The position numbers and the translations under genes were made by a program. This document shows positions 27,009 through 35,717 of a stretch of DNA of 49,384 nt, piece after piece. The notes under the pieces are model-generated. The model saw nothing but the letters and a program-made list of their open reading frames with translations. It ran no database searches and had not been told where the DNA came from. Position 1 is the stretch's first letter; every line of letters begins with the position of its first letter. This DNA comes from Chrysochromulina tobinii. Lineage: Eukaryota. The stretch lies in the NCBI GenBank assembly GCA_001275005.1, contig JWZX01003011.1, forward strand, positions 1 to 49,384, in the 5' to 3' direction.

Positions 27009-28031
27009 TCAGCTGACCTTGCCCGCGGGCTTCATCGAAGTGGCCGCCACTCTGGCGTCACTATCGCGCTTGTAGTCGCGCTTCACCTTGCGGACCCCGA
27101 TGAGCACGATGGCTGCGACCGTCACGAGCCACGCGCCCACCTTGAGCATCAAGTACGGATCCTCAGCGGGAACAACCAGGTGCGGGCGTACAACCTGCAG
27201 CACGGCGCCGAGACCGCCCCAGAGCACGTACTTGTTGAGGCCTCCGGCGAGGCGGAGCGCGGCGGCCGCGTTGGCGAGGGTGTTGACGAGCAGCCAGCTG
27301 CCGTGTGTGAAGTGGTCGTACGTCGAGATGCAGAAGCCGGCTGTCAGCATAACGCCATAGGTGACGACGAGCGGCCCGTGCGGCGCGAGGTTCTTGCGCC
27401 GGAGAGTCATGAGGAATGCGGTGAACTGGATGATCCACACGTAGAAGAACTGCGTCGAGAAGCGGCGCACGCCTACGAGACAGCCGGCGGTCGCGTGGAA
27501 CTGCATCACCGAGAAGAAGTAGCGCATCGGCGGCGGCGCGTCGAGCTCCTGGATGGTGGACGAGCGGCCGTTCGGGCCGACCCACCACGTGCTGAAGTCG
27601 GCGGCGAGGAGCGTGGCGATCACGATGGCCGCGTTCACCTTGTACCACGGCGTGGCGACGCCGAGGCGGTCCTCAGCCCACACGACGAGCATGCACGCGA
27701 TTGAGCGGCACGCGAAGACGATCGAGTGCAGTCGGTACTCGGGCCAGATGCGGCTGCCCTCGGCGATGCGCTTGGTGGGGATTTTGAAGATGAGCGAGGA
27801 CGTCGACAGCGCAAAGTGCCACGCCATGCAGCCGAGCGTCTGGTATGTGCTCGCAAAGCGCATGTCGGCGGCGCCGATGAAAGCGAAACGGTAGAGAAAG
27901 TGGATGAGGCAGCCGAGGCCAAAGGTCTTGTGGATGTTAAAGTTGTCCTCCTTGGTGAAGAGGCCGGCGAGCCTGCGCGCCGCCGGCACTGCGGGCACGC
28001 CGGCGTCCGCGCTGTTGCTGCCAGAGCCCAT
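27009..28031 (-). CDS. Uncharacterised multi-pass membrane protein
   Basis: The 3' ~340 aa of ORF 27009..28811 has 7-8 hydrophobic segments and conserved-looking motifs KEDNFNIHKTFG, WPEYRLHSIVF and FLMTLRRKNL. The upstream part of the ORF is antisense to COG6. Start at 28031 or 28067. Confidence 0.75.
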   Translation of the reverse strand: MGSGSNSADAGVPAVPAARRLAGLFTKEDNFNIHKTFGLGCLIHFLYRFAFIGAADMRFASTYQTLGCMAWHFALSTSSLIFKIPTKRIAEGSRIWPEYRLHSIVFACRSIACMLVVWAEDRLGVATPWYKVNAAIVIATLLAADFSTWWVGPNGRSSTIQELDAPPPMRYFFSVMQFHATAGCLVGVRRFSTQFFYVWIIQFTAFLMTLRRKNLAPHGPLVVTYGVMLTAGFCISTYDHFTHGSWLLVNTLANAAAALRLAGGLNKYVLWGGLGAVLQVVRPHLVVPAEDPYLMLKVGAWLVTVAAIVLIGVRKVKRDYKRDSDARVAATSMKPAGKVS

Positions 28032-28251
28032 GCCGACGATGAGCTCGCTCGTGAGATGTTTATTCATCTGATTCCACAGAAAGAACCAGAGTACAGAAGC
28101 CTCTACATGTATCGTGGTAACACTGTTGACGATATGTATTGCGCGTGACGTGGCCTGTCGCGGATTTTCGCAAACTTGGCGGGCTTTTGCGCTCTCGATT
28201 GTCGACAGACAGCTGCAGACCGTCACGCTGCAGCATTTCACGACAACGACG

Positions 28252-30973
28252 ATGAACCCATCTCTACAACGCAAGCTGCGCCGCTCCATGGAGCCCGAGT
28301 CGGCGGAGACGCTCGCCGCCTTGCGCTCGTTCGACGCCGAGCTGCTCCCTGAGAACACGGTCAGCTCGCGCCGCGCGCTGCTCTCGCGCATCGAGGTACG
28401 TGGCCTCACGCTCAGCCACTCGCTGCTGTCCATGTTTGGCGAGCTCCAGACGGCGCTCGACGCGGCCGACGCCGAGGCCTGCTGTCTCGCCGAGGCGTGC
28501 GGCTCCATCTCAAAACAACTCCAAGACAGCCGTGCGGCGACCGAGATGCTGCTCTTGCAGACGGAGCGTGTGCGCAAAGAGCTTGCGGCGACAGAGCGAC
28601 GCGCCGAGCTCACAGTCGCATTTGAGCGCGCGTACACGCTCACCGAGGACGAAGAAGAGCTTCTCAACGCGCCCTTTGACGCGCAGTCGCCCTTTGGGCC
28701 CGCATCCGAGCTCGCGCCGCTGCTGGCGGTGCTGCAGCGCGTGCACGAGATCCACGCACGCGCCAAGGCGCTGCTGCTGGGGCCGTACCAGCGGCTGGGC
28801 CTCGAGCTCACGTCGTCGATGGCCGCGCACGAGGAGCGCGGGCTCGGCCTCCTCTACCGCTGGGTGCACGAGCAGTGCCGCGTGCTGCCGCTCCAGGCAT
28901 CGGCCACCTCGCTGCGTCCCCTCCGCCAGGCGCTCGAGGCGCTGCGCCACAAACCAACGATGCTCAGCTACTGCCTGAACGAGGTGGTGCGCTGCCGGCA
29001 GCAGCCGCTCCTGGCCGCGTGGAGCGCCTCGCTCGGCGCCGCCGACGACGCCGACGACGCGCTCGACACCGCGCGGCTGCGCGCCCTCGACACGCTCGAC
29101 ACGGCGCTCCGCACGCTCCGGTCGGCCCTCGTGGCTGAGACATCGCTGCTGCGCCAACTGATGCCGCCAGCGGCAGCGGAGGCGCCGGCGGGCGAGGGGG
29201 GTGAGCCCGTCGAGGGTATGGGCCTGGCGAGCTCGCTCAGCTCAGCGACGGAGCCGATTGCCTCTTCGCTTGCTGGCCACGTGCGTGTCTTCTTGCGCGC
29301 TGCCCAAGAGGGCACGTCGCTCGTGAGCCTGGGTGTACAGCTCGCCAACCTCCACCGGCTTGCCGGTTTGTTCGAGGTCCATGGGCGCGTGCTCTGCCCG
29401 ATGCTAGGCCTCTCCCTCGAGGCCGCTGAGGCCGCCGCCACCGCCGCCACCGCTGCCGCAGCCGCCGCCGCCGCCACCCCCCCCACCACCGCCCCCGACT
29501 CTGCATCCGCCATCGATGGAGATGCCGCCGCCGGCGGCGCTCCGCGGGCGCCCGCGGCAGCGCCCCTCGCCACGGCCATCGCCAACGGGCTCGCCGAGAG
29601 CTCCGCCGCCCTCGAGCGGCGGTTGGGCGCCGTGCTGAGCGCTCTGGCGCGCGCGTCCGAGGGGGCTGGCGCGTCGGTCACGCCGAGTGCCGCGTCGCGA
29701 GGCTCTCTCACCCCTTCGGAGATCGTGGCTGAGGGTGTGCGCGCTCTCGAGGCGCTCATCCATGCACACGCGGCCCTCGTGCTGAGCGCCGCGGCCGTTG
29801 CCTCCGCCGACGAGGCGGCGACGGCACTCTCTCGCGCCTCCGAGCGTGGCGCGAGCGCGCTGCAGCGGCTGACCATCCAGGTGCTCGCCACGTGCCATGC
29901 AACCTCTGATGACCTCTGATGACCTCTGATTGCCTCCCTCGTTGCGTGCAGGTGCTCGCCACGTGCCATGCGACCTCTGATGACCTCTGATGACCTCTGA
30001 TTGCCTCTGATGACCTCTGATCGCCTCCCTCATTGCATGCAGGTGCTCGCCACGTGCCATGCGACGGCGGCGGCCCGCAGCGGCGCCCCGGGCATGCCGC
30101 GGGGGAGCACTGGCGCCTCGTCTCTCACGGGGCTGCTCGCCCTCCCCGGGGGAAGCGGCGGTGCTGCTATGGGCGCGGGCGCCGTCGCGGGCGGGCTAAC
30201 GTCTCCAGAGAAGCGAGTTTTGCTCCTCAACTCCCTTGAGCTCTTGCATGCCGCGCTCAACAGCGGGCGCGCGGCGGCCCCCATCACGGGCACGACGCCC
30301 TCCGCTACGGCCGCCGCTGCCGCCGCCGCCGCGACCGAACGCCTCGTCGGCCCGAGTCGACCGGCGGTGGAGAGCGCCATCGAGGCTGCTCTGGCCGAGC
30401 TGGGCCGGGCGGCCGCTGAAGAGCTCATTGGCGAGTGCGGGCTCGGAAGCAAGCTGGCGGCGCTGCAGACGGCGGAGGCGCAGCCGCACTTGCCGATGGC
30501 CAGTGTCCTCGGGCTCGAGCCCCTCGCCCTCGCCACCGCCATGCGCTCCTTTTATGCGACGCTCTTCCGGCGCGGAGATGCGCTCGTGCCGGCCGCCGAG
30601 AAGCTCACGGCGGCGCCTCTCCGCAGGCGCGCCGTCGCGGCGGCCGCGCGGACGCTCGCCTCGACGCACGCGCACATCCACGCGCTCGTTCGGCGCAAGG
30701 GCTCGGGCTACGATGCGCCTGAGACAATCCTGCTCCATTCGCCCGAGGAGGTCGAGACGCTACTCGATGTGATGCCGCCGCCAGCTCCAGCCCCACCGCA
30801 GCCACCTCCCTCGCCCCGCGCCCCTGTGGCATCTGCACCACCACCACCACCTGCGACCCCCGCTCCACCACAGCCACCACCTGTGACCCCCGCTCCACCA
30901 CAACCACCACCTGCCCCGAGCGTGCCGCTGCCATCCGAGCGTGCCGCTCCTACCCCTGCTCCTGCTCCGACCA

Positions 30974-31031
<58 letters not shown>

Positions 31032-31050
31032 ATACCGCGGGTGGTGGTAG
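28252..31050 (+). CDS. COG6: Conserved oligomeric Golgi complex subunit 6 (exons 28252-29880, 30043-31050)
   Basis: N-terminal 'MNPSLQRKLRR...ALRSF...NTVSSRRALLSRIE' and 'YTLTEDEEELL', 'LLYRWVHEQC', C-terminal 'HSPEEVETLL' match COG6. A phase-0 intron at 29881-30042 joins the two ORFs in frame. Confidence 0.8.
29881..30042 (+). other. Spliceosomal intron made of two tandem GT...AG units (71+91 bp) containing (CTCTGATGAC/CTCTGATTGC)n
   Basis: CAG|GTGCTCGCCACGTGCCATGC occurs three times (29878, 29949, 30040). Removing the intron restores the COG6 frame. Confidence 0.85.
30955..31031 (+). repeat. (CCTGCT)n hexamer repeat encoding (PA)n
   Basis: Direct reading of the sequence at the 3' end of COG6. 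Confidence 0.9.
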
Positions 31051-31404
31051 TTGTCATGTGGCGTGGGCGCCAGACCACTGTAAGTCGTCAGGCGGCCATC
31101 CACCTGGGCGGAGGCCCCGTGGAGCCCGTCGGCGCGTAGCGCTGGCCGGTGGCCGGGAACCTGTCCGACGCCCGGAGAGGGAGACGGAGATCGGGCCGGG
31201 AACCAATCACTTTGTGAGTTCCCCGGCCCTCCCAGAGTGTGTACGTCCCGCTTCAGTAACGGTCCTATACTAGCCTCGCTATACACAGAGGTGAAGACTT
31301 CACGAGTTCTCAAAGGAGGCCCAAAGAAGTTTTACCTAAGAACTCGAATCGGAGTGTTAACAGCCCATTCACACAAGAGGCACAGGCTGCACAAGAGGCC
31401 CGAA

Positions 31405-32442
31405 ATGCATGCCGCTGTGCTCATGAGCTTCACCGCCGACTACGAGCTCGGCCACATAACATTTCCGTACAATAAGCAGTACGCTGACAAGCACGGATAT
31501 GACTTTGTTTGCAAGATTTGGCCGCCTTCAGATTGGATGACAGACAAGTCCAAGCGGCACCCGACTTGGGACAAGGTGGAGATGATCATCGAGCTGCTGA
31601 CTAGCCTGCTCAGAGGCGGCGGGACGACCGTCTCTGCTGACACGACGCATCTGCTCTGGGTTGATGCGGATGCGGTGGTGCTCAATCACGCAACGAGCCT
31701 CGAACAGCTTTGGACGGGCGTGCCCTCGTCGACTGAGCTTCTCATTGGAGAGGACCTGTCGACCACGTGCCTCGTGAACTGCGGTGTCTTTTGCGTGCGC
31801 GTCTCGGAATGGAGTTTGAAGCTCTGGACAGACGTGTGGGCCTCACCCATGTCCGTCAGGTGGCACCGCTCGCCGCACCGTGAGCAGAGCGCGCTATTGA
31901 AGCAGCTTGTGGCACGGGGCGAGGGCTTGAACCATGTGCCGTTGCCGTTCCACAGCTACTGCGGTGGTCCGAAGCTCAAGCTCTTTCCGCATGTCGCGGT
32001 GTTGCCTCGCCATGCAATCAATACCAATCGTGGCGACGTGCGCCAACGAACGCCAGTCAGCTGCAGCGGCGATGACGAGGAGGGCAGGAACCTCACCTAT
32101 CGGTGCGACTTCGTCTTCCACGCAGCTGGCCGCCCGGTCCTCATGCGCGACGGCAACGATGCTCATCATCCGCCGCGTTATTGCAGCAGCAAGGAAGAAG
32201 CGTTGAGGGCGATGCTCGTGCACAGAGGGCTTTCATTGGAGCCGCGACAGGAGCTGGTGGACACTATGGACCCGCCAGCTTGTGTGAACGCGCTCCCCCC
32301 GGCGCCGAAGGCAAGCTGCGGCCTGGTGAATCCGCATCTCGCGCAAGCCCGAGAAAAGATGCTTAGTTCGCCAGGCTTGGGCGTCACCATCGCAGCGATC
32401 GCTGTGGCTGTATATATCGCCATCGCACGGCAAAGAGCATAA
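31405..32442 (+). CDS. GMA12/MNN10-family (GT34) glycosyltransferase
   Basis: 'NKQYADKHGY', 'RHPTWDKV', 'LLWVDADAVV', 'VNCGVFCVRVSEWS', 'EQSAL' and a C-terminal hydrophobic anchor. ATG at 31405. Confidence 0.8.
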   Translation: MHAAVLMSFTADYELGHITFPYNKQYADKHGYDFVCKIWPPSDWMTDKSKRHPTWDKVEMIIELLTSLLRGGGTTVSADTTHLLWVDADAVVLNHATSLEQLWTGVPSSTELLIGEDLSTTCLVNCGVFCVRVSEWSLKLWTDVWASPMSVRWHRSPHREQSALLKQLVARGEGLNHVPLPFHSYCGGPKLKLFPHVAVLPRHAINTNRGDVRQRTPVSCSGDDEEGRNLTYRCDFVFHAAGRPVLMRDGNDAHHPPRYCSSKEEALRAMLVHRGLSLEPRQELVDTMDPPACVNALPPAPKASCGLVNPHLAQAREKMLSSPGLGVTIAAIAVAVYIAIARQRA

Positions 32443-32542
32443 GAAAGCTATCATATCGTAGTACGTTGCGGTATGGCGCCCTTACAGCCGTTCGTGAACT
32501 AACGAAATGGCGCGTACTATCATCATCATCAATAAACACCTT

Positions 32543-33082
32543 TTAATCTGATTTCCGTCTGGCCTCCGCATCGCCTGGTGCTGGGTCACCTGCTTCGAGT
32601 GCAATGGCGCGCATCTTCCCGCTATCGTCTTCCTCGACACGGTACGTCCGCACGTATTTCAGTGCGTGCGCCAGCGCAGCCTCGTTTGCAACACCATACT
32701 TTTTCGCAAGTGAGCCCGCATCCCATTTCTCAGGTTGGCGAGCGTGCAGCGCAAGCAGCTGCACGAGACTCTCCGCCGAAATTCCGCTGGGTAATTCCTC
32801 ACCTGTCGCACCCGGCTGCGGTACGGTACTTGGCTGCGGTACGGTACTTGGCTGCGGTACGGCAGGTCTGGTGCCGCCCGTAGCCTGGTTGGTGGCGAGG
32901 ATCGTGGATTTGTTTAGCATGTCTGTCAATGCGCGGTTGCGCTCGATTTCTGGTGTGGCTGGAGCCTTGGCTCCGCCGGCTTGTGAGCGAGGCGGCACGA
33001 TGGGCGAGGGTGGGAACGCGGACGGTACCGAACGGGCAACTAAGGATCGATCGGGCACGGCGCGGCTCCAACGGCCACCCAT
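32543..33082 (-). CDS. NDUFAF4: NDUFAF4-like mitochondrial complex I assembly factor
   Basis: MG- start (possible myristoylation) and a C-terminal 'GISAESLVQLLALHARQPEKWDAGSLAKKYGV...LAHALKY' resembling the NDUFAF4 C-terminal domain. Confidence 0.6.
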   Translation of the reverse strand: MGGRWSRAVPDRSLVARSVPSAFPPSPIVPPRSQAGGAKAPATPEIERNRALTDMLNKSTILATNQATGGTRPAVPQPSTVPQPSTVPQPGATGEELPSGISAESLVQLLALHARQPEKWDAGSLAKKYGVANEAALAHALKYVRTYRVEEDDSGKMRAIALEAGDPAPGDAEARRKSD

Positions 33083-33467
33083 CGGCCGCGATGCTCCCAG
33101 ACAGGGAGTGCCCCCGTCGGAGACGAGAATCGAGAGTCGCCGCTCAGAACGACGCTAAGGTTACCGGTATCGGGCCGCCAGTACAACACGCGACGTGGGA
33201 CGGGGCACTCTCGCCGACGCACGAAACTAGAGGCGCGTCGCGCGAGGTACATGTACGGCGGCTATCGAATGAGCCGCGTGGACGAACACACCAACACAAA
33301 CCGCCCACATGCGCATGGCGCGGTGGGAGAAGGGTGCAACACACGGGCATGGGGCGACGCCACCCAGTTCATAGGTGTAGCCGTCACAAGCTCCGCACGG
33401 AAATAACAGCCGAGCGCCGCCGACGACAAAGGTCCATGGCGGGATTAGGGAGGGATGACGCAGCCGA

Positions 33468-33538
33468 GCGGGAGACAGCGGGAGACAGCGGGAGATGGCG
33501 GGAGACAGCGGGAGATGGCGGGAGACAGCGGGAGACAG
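33468..33538. repeat. 10-bp tandem repeat (GCGGGAGACA/GCGGGAGATG) x7
   Basis: Direct reading; intergenic or 3'UTR. Confidence 0.9.
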
Positions 33539-33733
33539 ATCCATGGTCGATCGCACGCACGGATGCAATGCGAGGGCGCGCGTACGGTTATAGGAAGCAG
33601 GGGCAAAGGTGGGGGCGTTGTAAGCGGCATGCAGCCTCGTGTAGGGGGAGCGCCACGGGACAACTTCCCACGGGGATTGTGGGGGTGGGCGCCACGCCCC
33701 ATACTCGCACGGGCTCATGCGGTGGCGGCGGCC

Positions 33734-35305
33734 TCACTGGGCCATGCACATGTAGGGCTCGAAGCTCGAGATCAGCCCGTCGTCCGTGAACGTAAGCGAG
33801 TGCATCGCCTTGCTGCCACCGCTCGTGAGCAGCTCAACGACTACCTTCGAGGTCTCCGTCGAGACATGCATCGAGGCGACAGCCACCTCCTTCTCGCGCA
33901 GCATCACCTCGCGAAGCAGCCGTGCCGTCTTATTGGGCGAGCCTGGGTCGCGCAGCTCCGCGGCGAGGAGGGCCTGCACGTTCTCGCCCGCCTTCCACGC
34001 GTCGTAGAACTTTTGCGCGAGCGTGGGCAGAAGCGAGAAGAGGACGAGCGAGTTGGCCGACGAAAGCGAGCGTTGGCGCTTCATTCCGATGCGCTCCTCG
34101 AGGAGGGCGCGTGTCACATCACACGAAGTGAGATCCGCGGGCAGCTCGCCGCTCATCGAGACCATGCGCCGGTTGGCGCCGAGCGCGAGCAGCGACTTGA
34201 CGCATCCGGTCGCACCGCGCCGTGCAGCGTAGTGCAGCGCCGTGTACCCGCCCCAGTCGACAGCATCGATCATCGGGTCGCCCATGGCCAGGTGGCCAAG
34301 GAGTAGCTTGCAGCAGCCCTCGGCGGCGCGGTCGCACGCCCAGTGCAGCGGCGTGCGCTTGTCGCGGTCCGCGTGCCGCAAATCCGCCTTGCTCTGCAGG
34401 AGCGCCTCCGCTGACTCGGCTGCGTCCACAAGCACTGCCCAGTGGAGCGGAGTCCTCTGCGCCCAGTCGACGGCATCGACTTCGGCTCCCGAGGAGAGCA
34501 GAGCCTTGACGCAGGGGAGGGCGTTCTTACCGCTCGCCCAGTGCAGCGGCGTGCGCTTGTCCGCGTCCGCCTCGTTCACCAGCGACGGCGCGAGTTGCAG
34601 CAGCCGCAGCAGTAGGATCGTCGACTCAGAGCACGCCCCTAGTCCACCCGAGAACTGCATGGCTAGGTGCATCGCCGTGCGCCGCTCCTCGTCGAGGGCG
34701 GCGGCGTTGGCATTCGCGTCGAGGAGCACGAAGCAGCACACCAGCTCGCCGCGCATGAGCGCCAGGTGCAACGGCGTCTGCTGGCTCGCGTTGACCGCGT
34801 CCACCTCAGCGCCCTTGGCGAGGCATGCACCGAGCAGATCGGCCGCGCCGTGCGCCGCCAGCCAGTGAACGGGTGTCATCCGCTTATCATCGCGCGCCCG
34901 CAGCGAGGCGCTCGTGTGCTCGATCAGGTAGCGCGCCGCGCCGAGAGCCTTGAGCTCGCACGCGGCGAGCAGCGGGGTGCGCCTAGCACAGTCCTCTGCG
35001 TTGACATCGGCCCCACGCTCACACAGCAGCTTGACCAACTTTTCGGTGCTCTCCGCGTCGTCGGCGGAATCGCACGCGAGGTGGAGCGGCATCTGACCTT
35101 CGGCGCCTACCGCGTTCACCTGCGAAATGGCCGATCCAGGCGCGTGAGACAATGCACATGGGCACCTAATTGGGATTCTGAATGCATCCGCGCGCACCAT
35201 TATGCTCCCAGAGGGTCCCGAGAGGACCGACTCGAGCTTCGTGACATCTCCGTGCAAGATGGCGTCCCACATCTCCGAAAATTGCTCGGTCACAGCGGTC
35301 GACAT
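33734..35305 (-). CDS. Ankyrin-repeat protein with C-terminal SnoaL/NTF2-like domain (probable intron 35120-35197)
   Basis: About 10 ankyrin repeats (TPLH W/L A). The C-terminus 'LAQKFYDAWKAG...VVVEL...HSLTFTDDGLISSF' is NTF2-like. A 78-bp GTGCGC...TCGCAG segment interrupts the first repeat. Confidence 0.85.
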   Translation of the reverse strand: MSTAVTEQFSEMWDAILHGDVTKLESVLSGPSGSIMVRADAFRIPIRCPCALSHAPGSAISQVNAVGAEGQMPLHLACDSADDAESTEKLVKLLCERGADVNAEDCARRTPLLAACELKALGAARYLIEHTSASLRARDDKRMTPVHWLAAHGAADLLGACLAKGAEVDAVNASQQTPLHLALMRGELVCCFVLLDANANAAALDEERRTAMHLAMQFSGGLGACSESTILLLRLLQLAPSLVNEADADKRTPLHWASGKNALPCVKALLSSGAEVDAVDWAQRTPLHWAVLVDAAESAEALLQSKADLRHADRDKRTPLHWACDRAAEGCCKLLLGHLAMGDPMIDAVDWGGYTALHYAARRGATGCVKSLLALGANRRMVSMSGELPADLTSCDVTRALLEERIGMKRQRSLSSANSLVLFSLLPTLAQKFYDAWKAGENVQALLAAELRDPGSPNKTARLLREVMLREKEVAVASMHVSTETSKVVVELLTSGGSKAMHSLTFTDDGLISSFEPYMCMAQ

Positions 35306-35717
35306 GGCGAGACGAGCAGCAACACTAAACCGTGCTGCGAGATGCCATCGTGCGGAGGTGCAGTCTCGCTGTCGCGTTAGGCAGCGGGGTGATTAGACGC
35401 AATTGGAATTCCCGAACAGGAACCCGGTCTCCCTCTTCAGCGAGTTTTATTGGAAGCAACACTGGCTTCACGCAATACGGACATTGATCACGGAGGGGAG
35501 GAGGGTCGCGGTCGAGTCGCGGCACGTGCAGCGGCTGACCAAGCGGCTGACGACAGTCGGCAAGCTCGACCATCTACCTTCAACTCTCTGCAATCCTATA
35601 TTGGCCGGCGCTCGCGCCAGGCCGCTTAAGGGGGTAGGTCTGACCCACCCTAGACCAACCCCCTTAGGCCGCTCCCTCTGTGGGGAAAACGTGAATCGTT
35701 CACAACGGCTCTACATC

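Noticed and set aside
28068..28811. N-terminal 250 aa of the 600-aa minus-strand ORF
   Set aside because: It is the antisense shadow of COG6 plus promoter sequence; the real protein starts near 28031-28067.
32929..34306. Plus-strand ORFs of 286 and 283 aa, and the many other overlapping short ORFs in the track
   Set aside because: Arg/Gly-rich shadow frames expected in high-GC DNA; they overlap better-supported genes or repeats.
35403..35717. 105-aa N-terminal extension of the EF-hand ORF
   Set aside because: It begins at TTG and spans the divergent promoter; the first ATG is at 35718.
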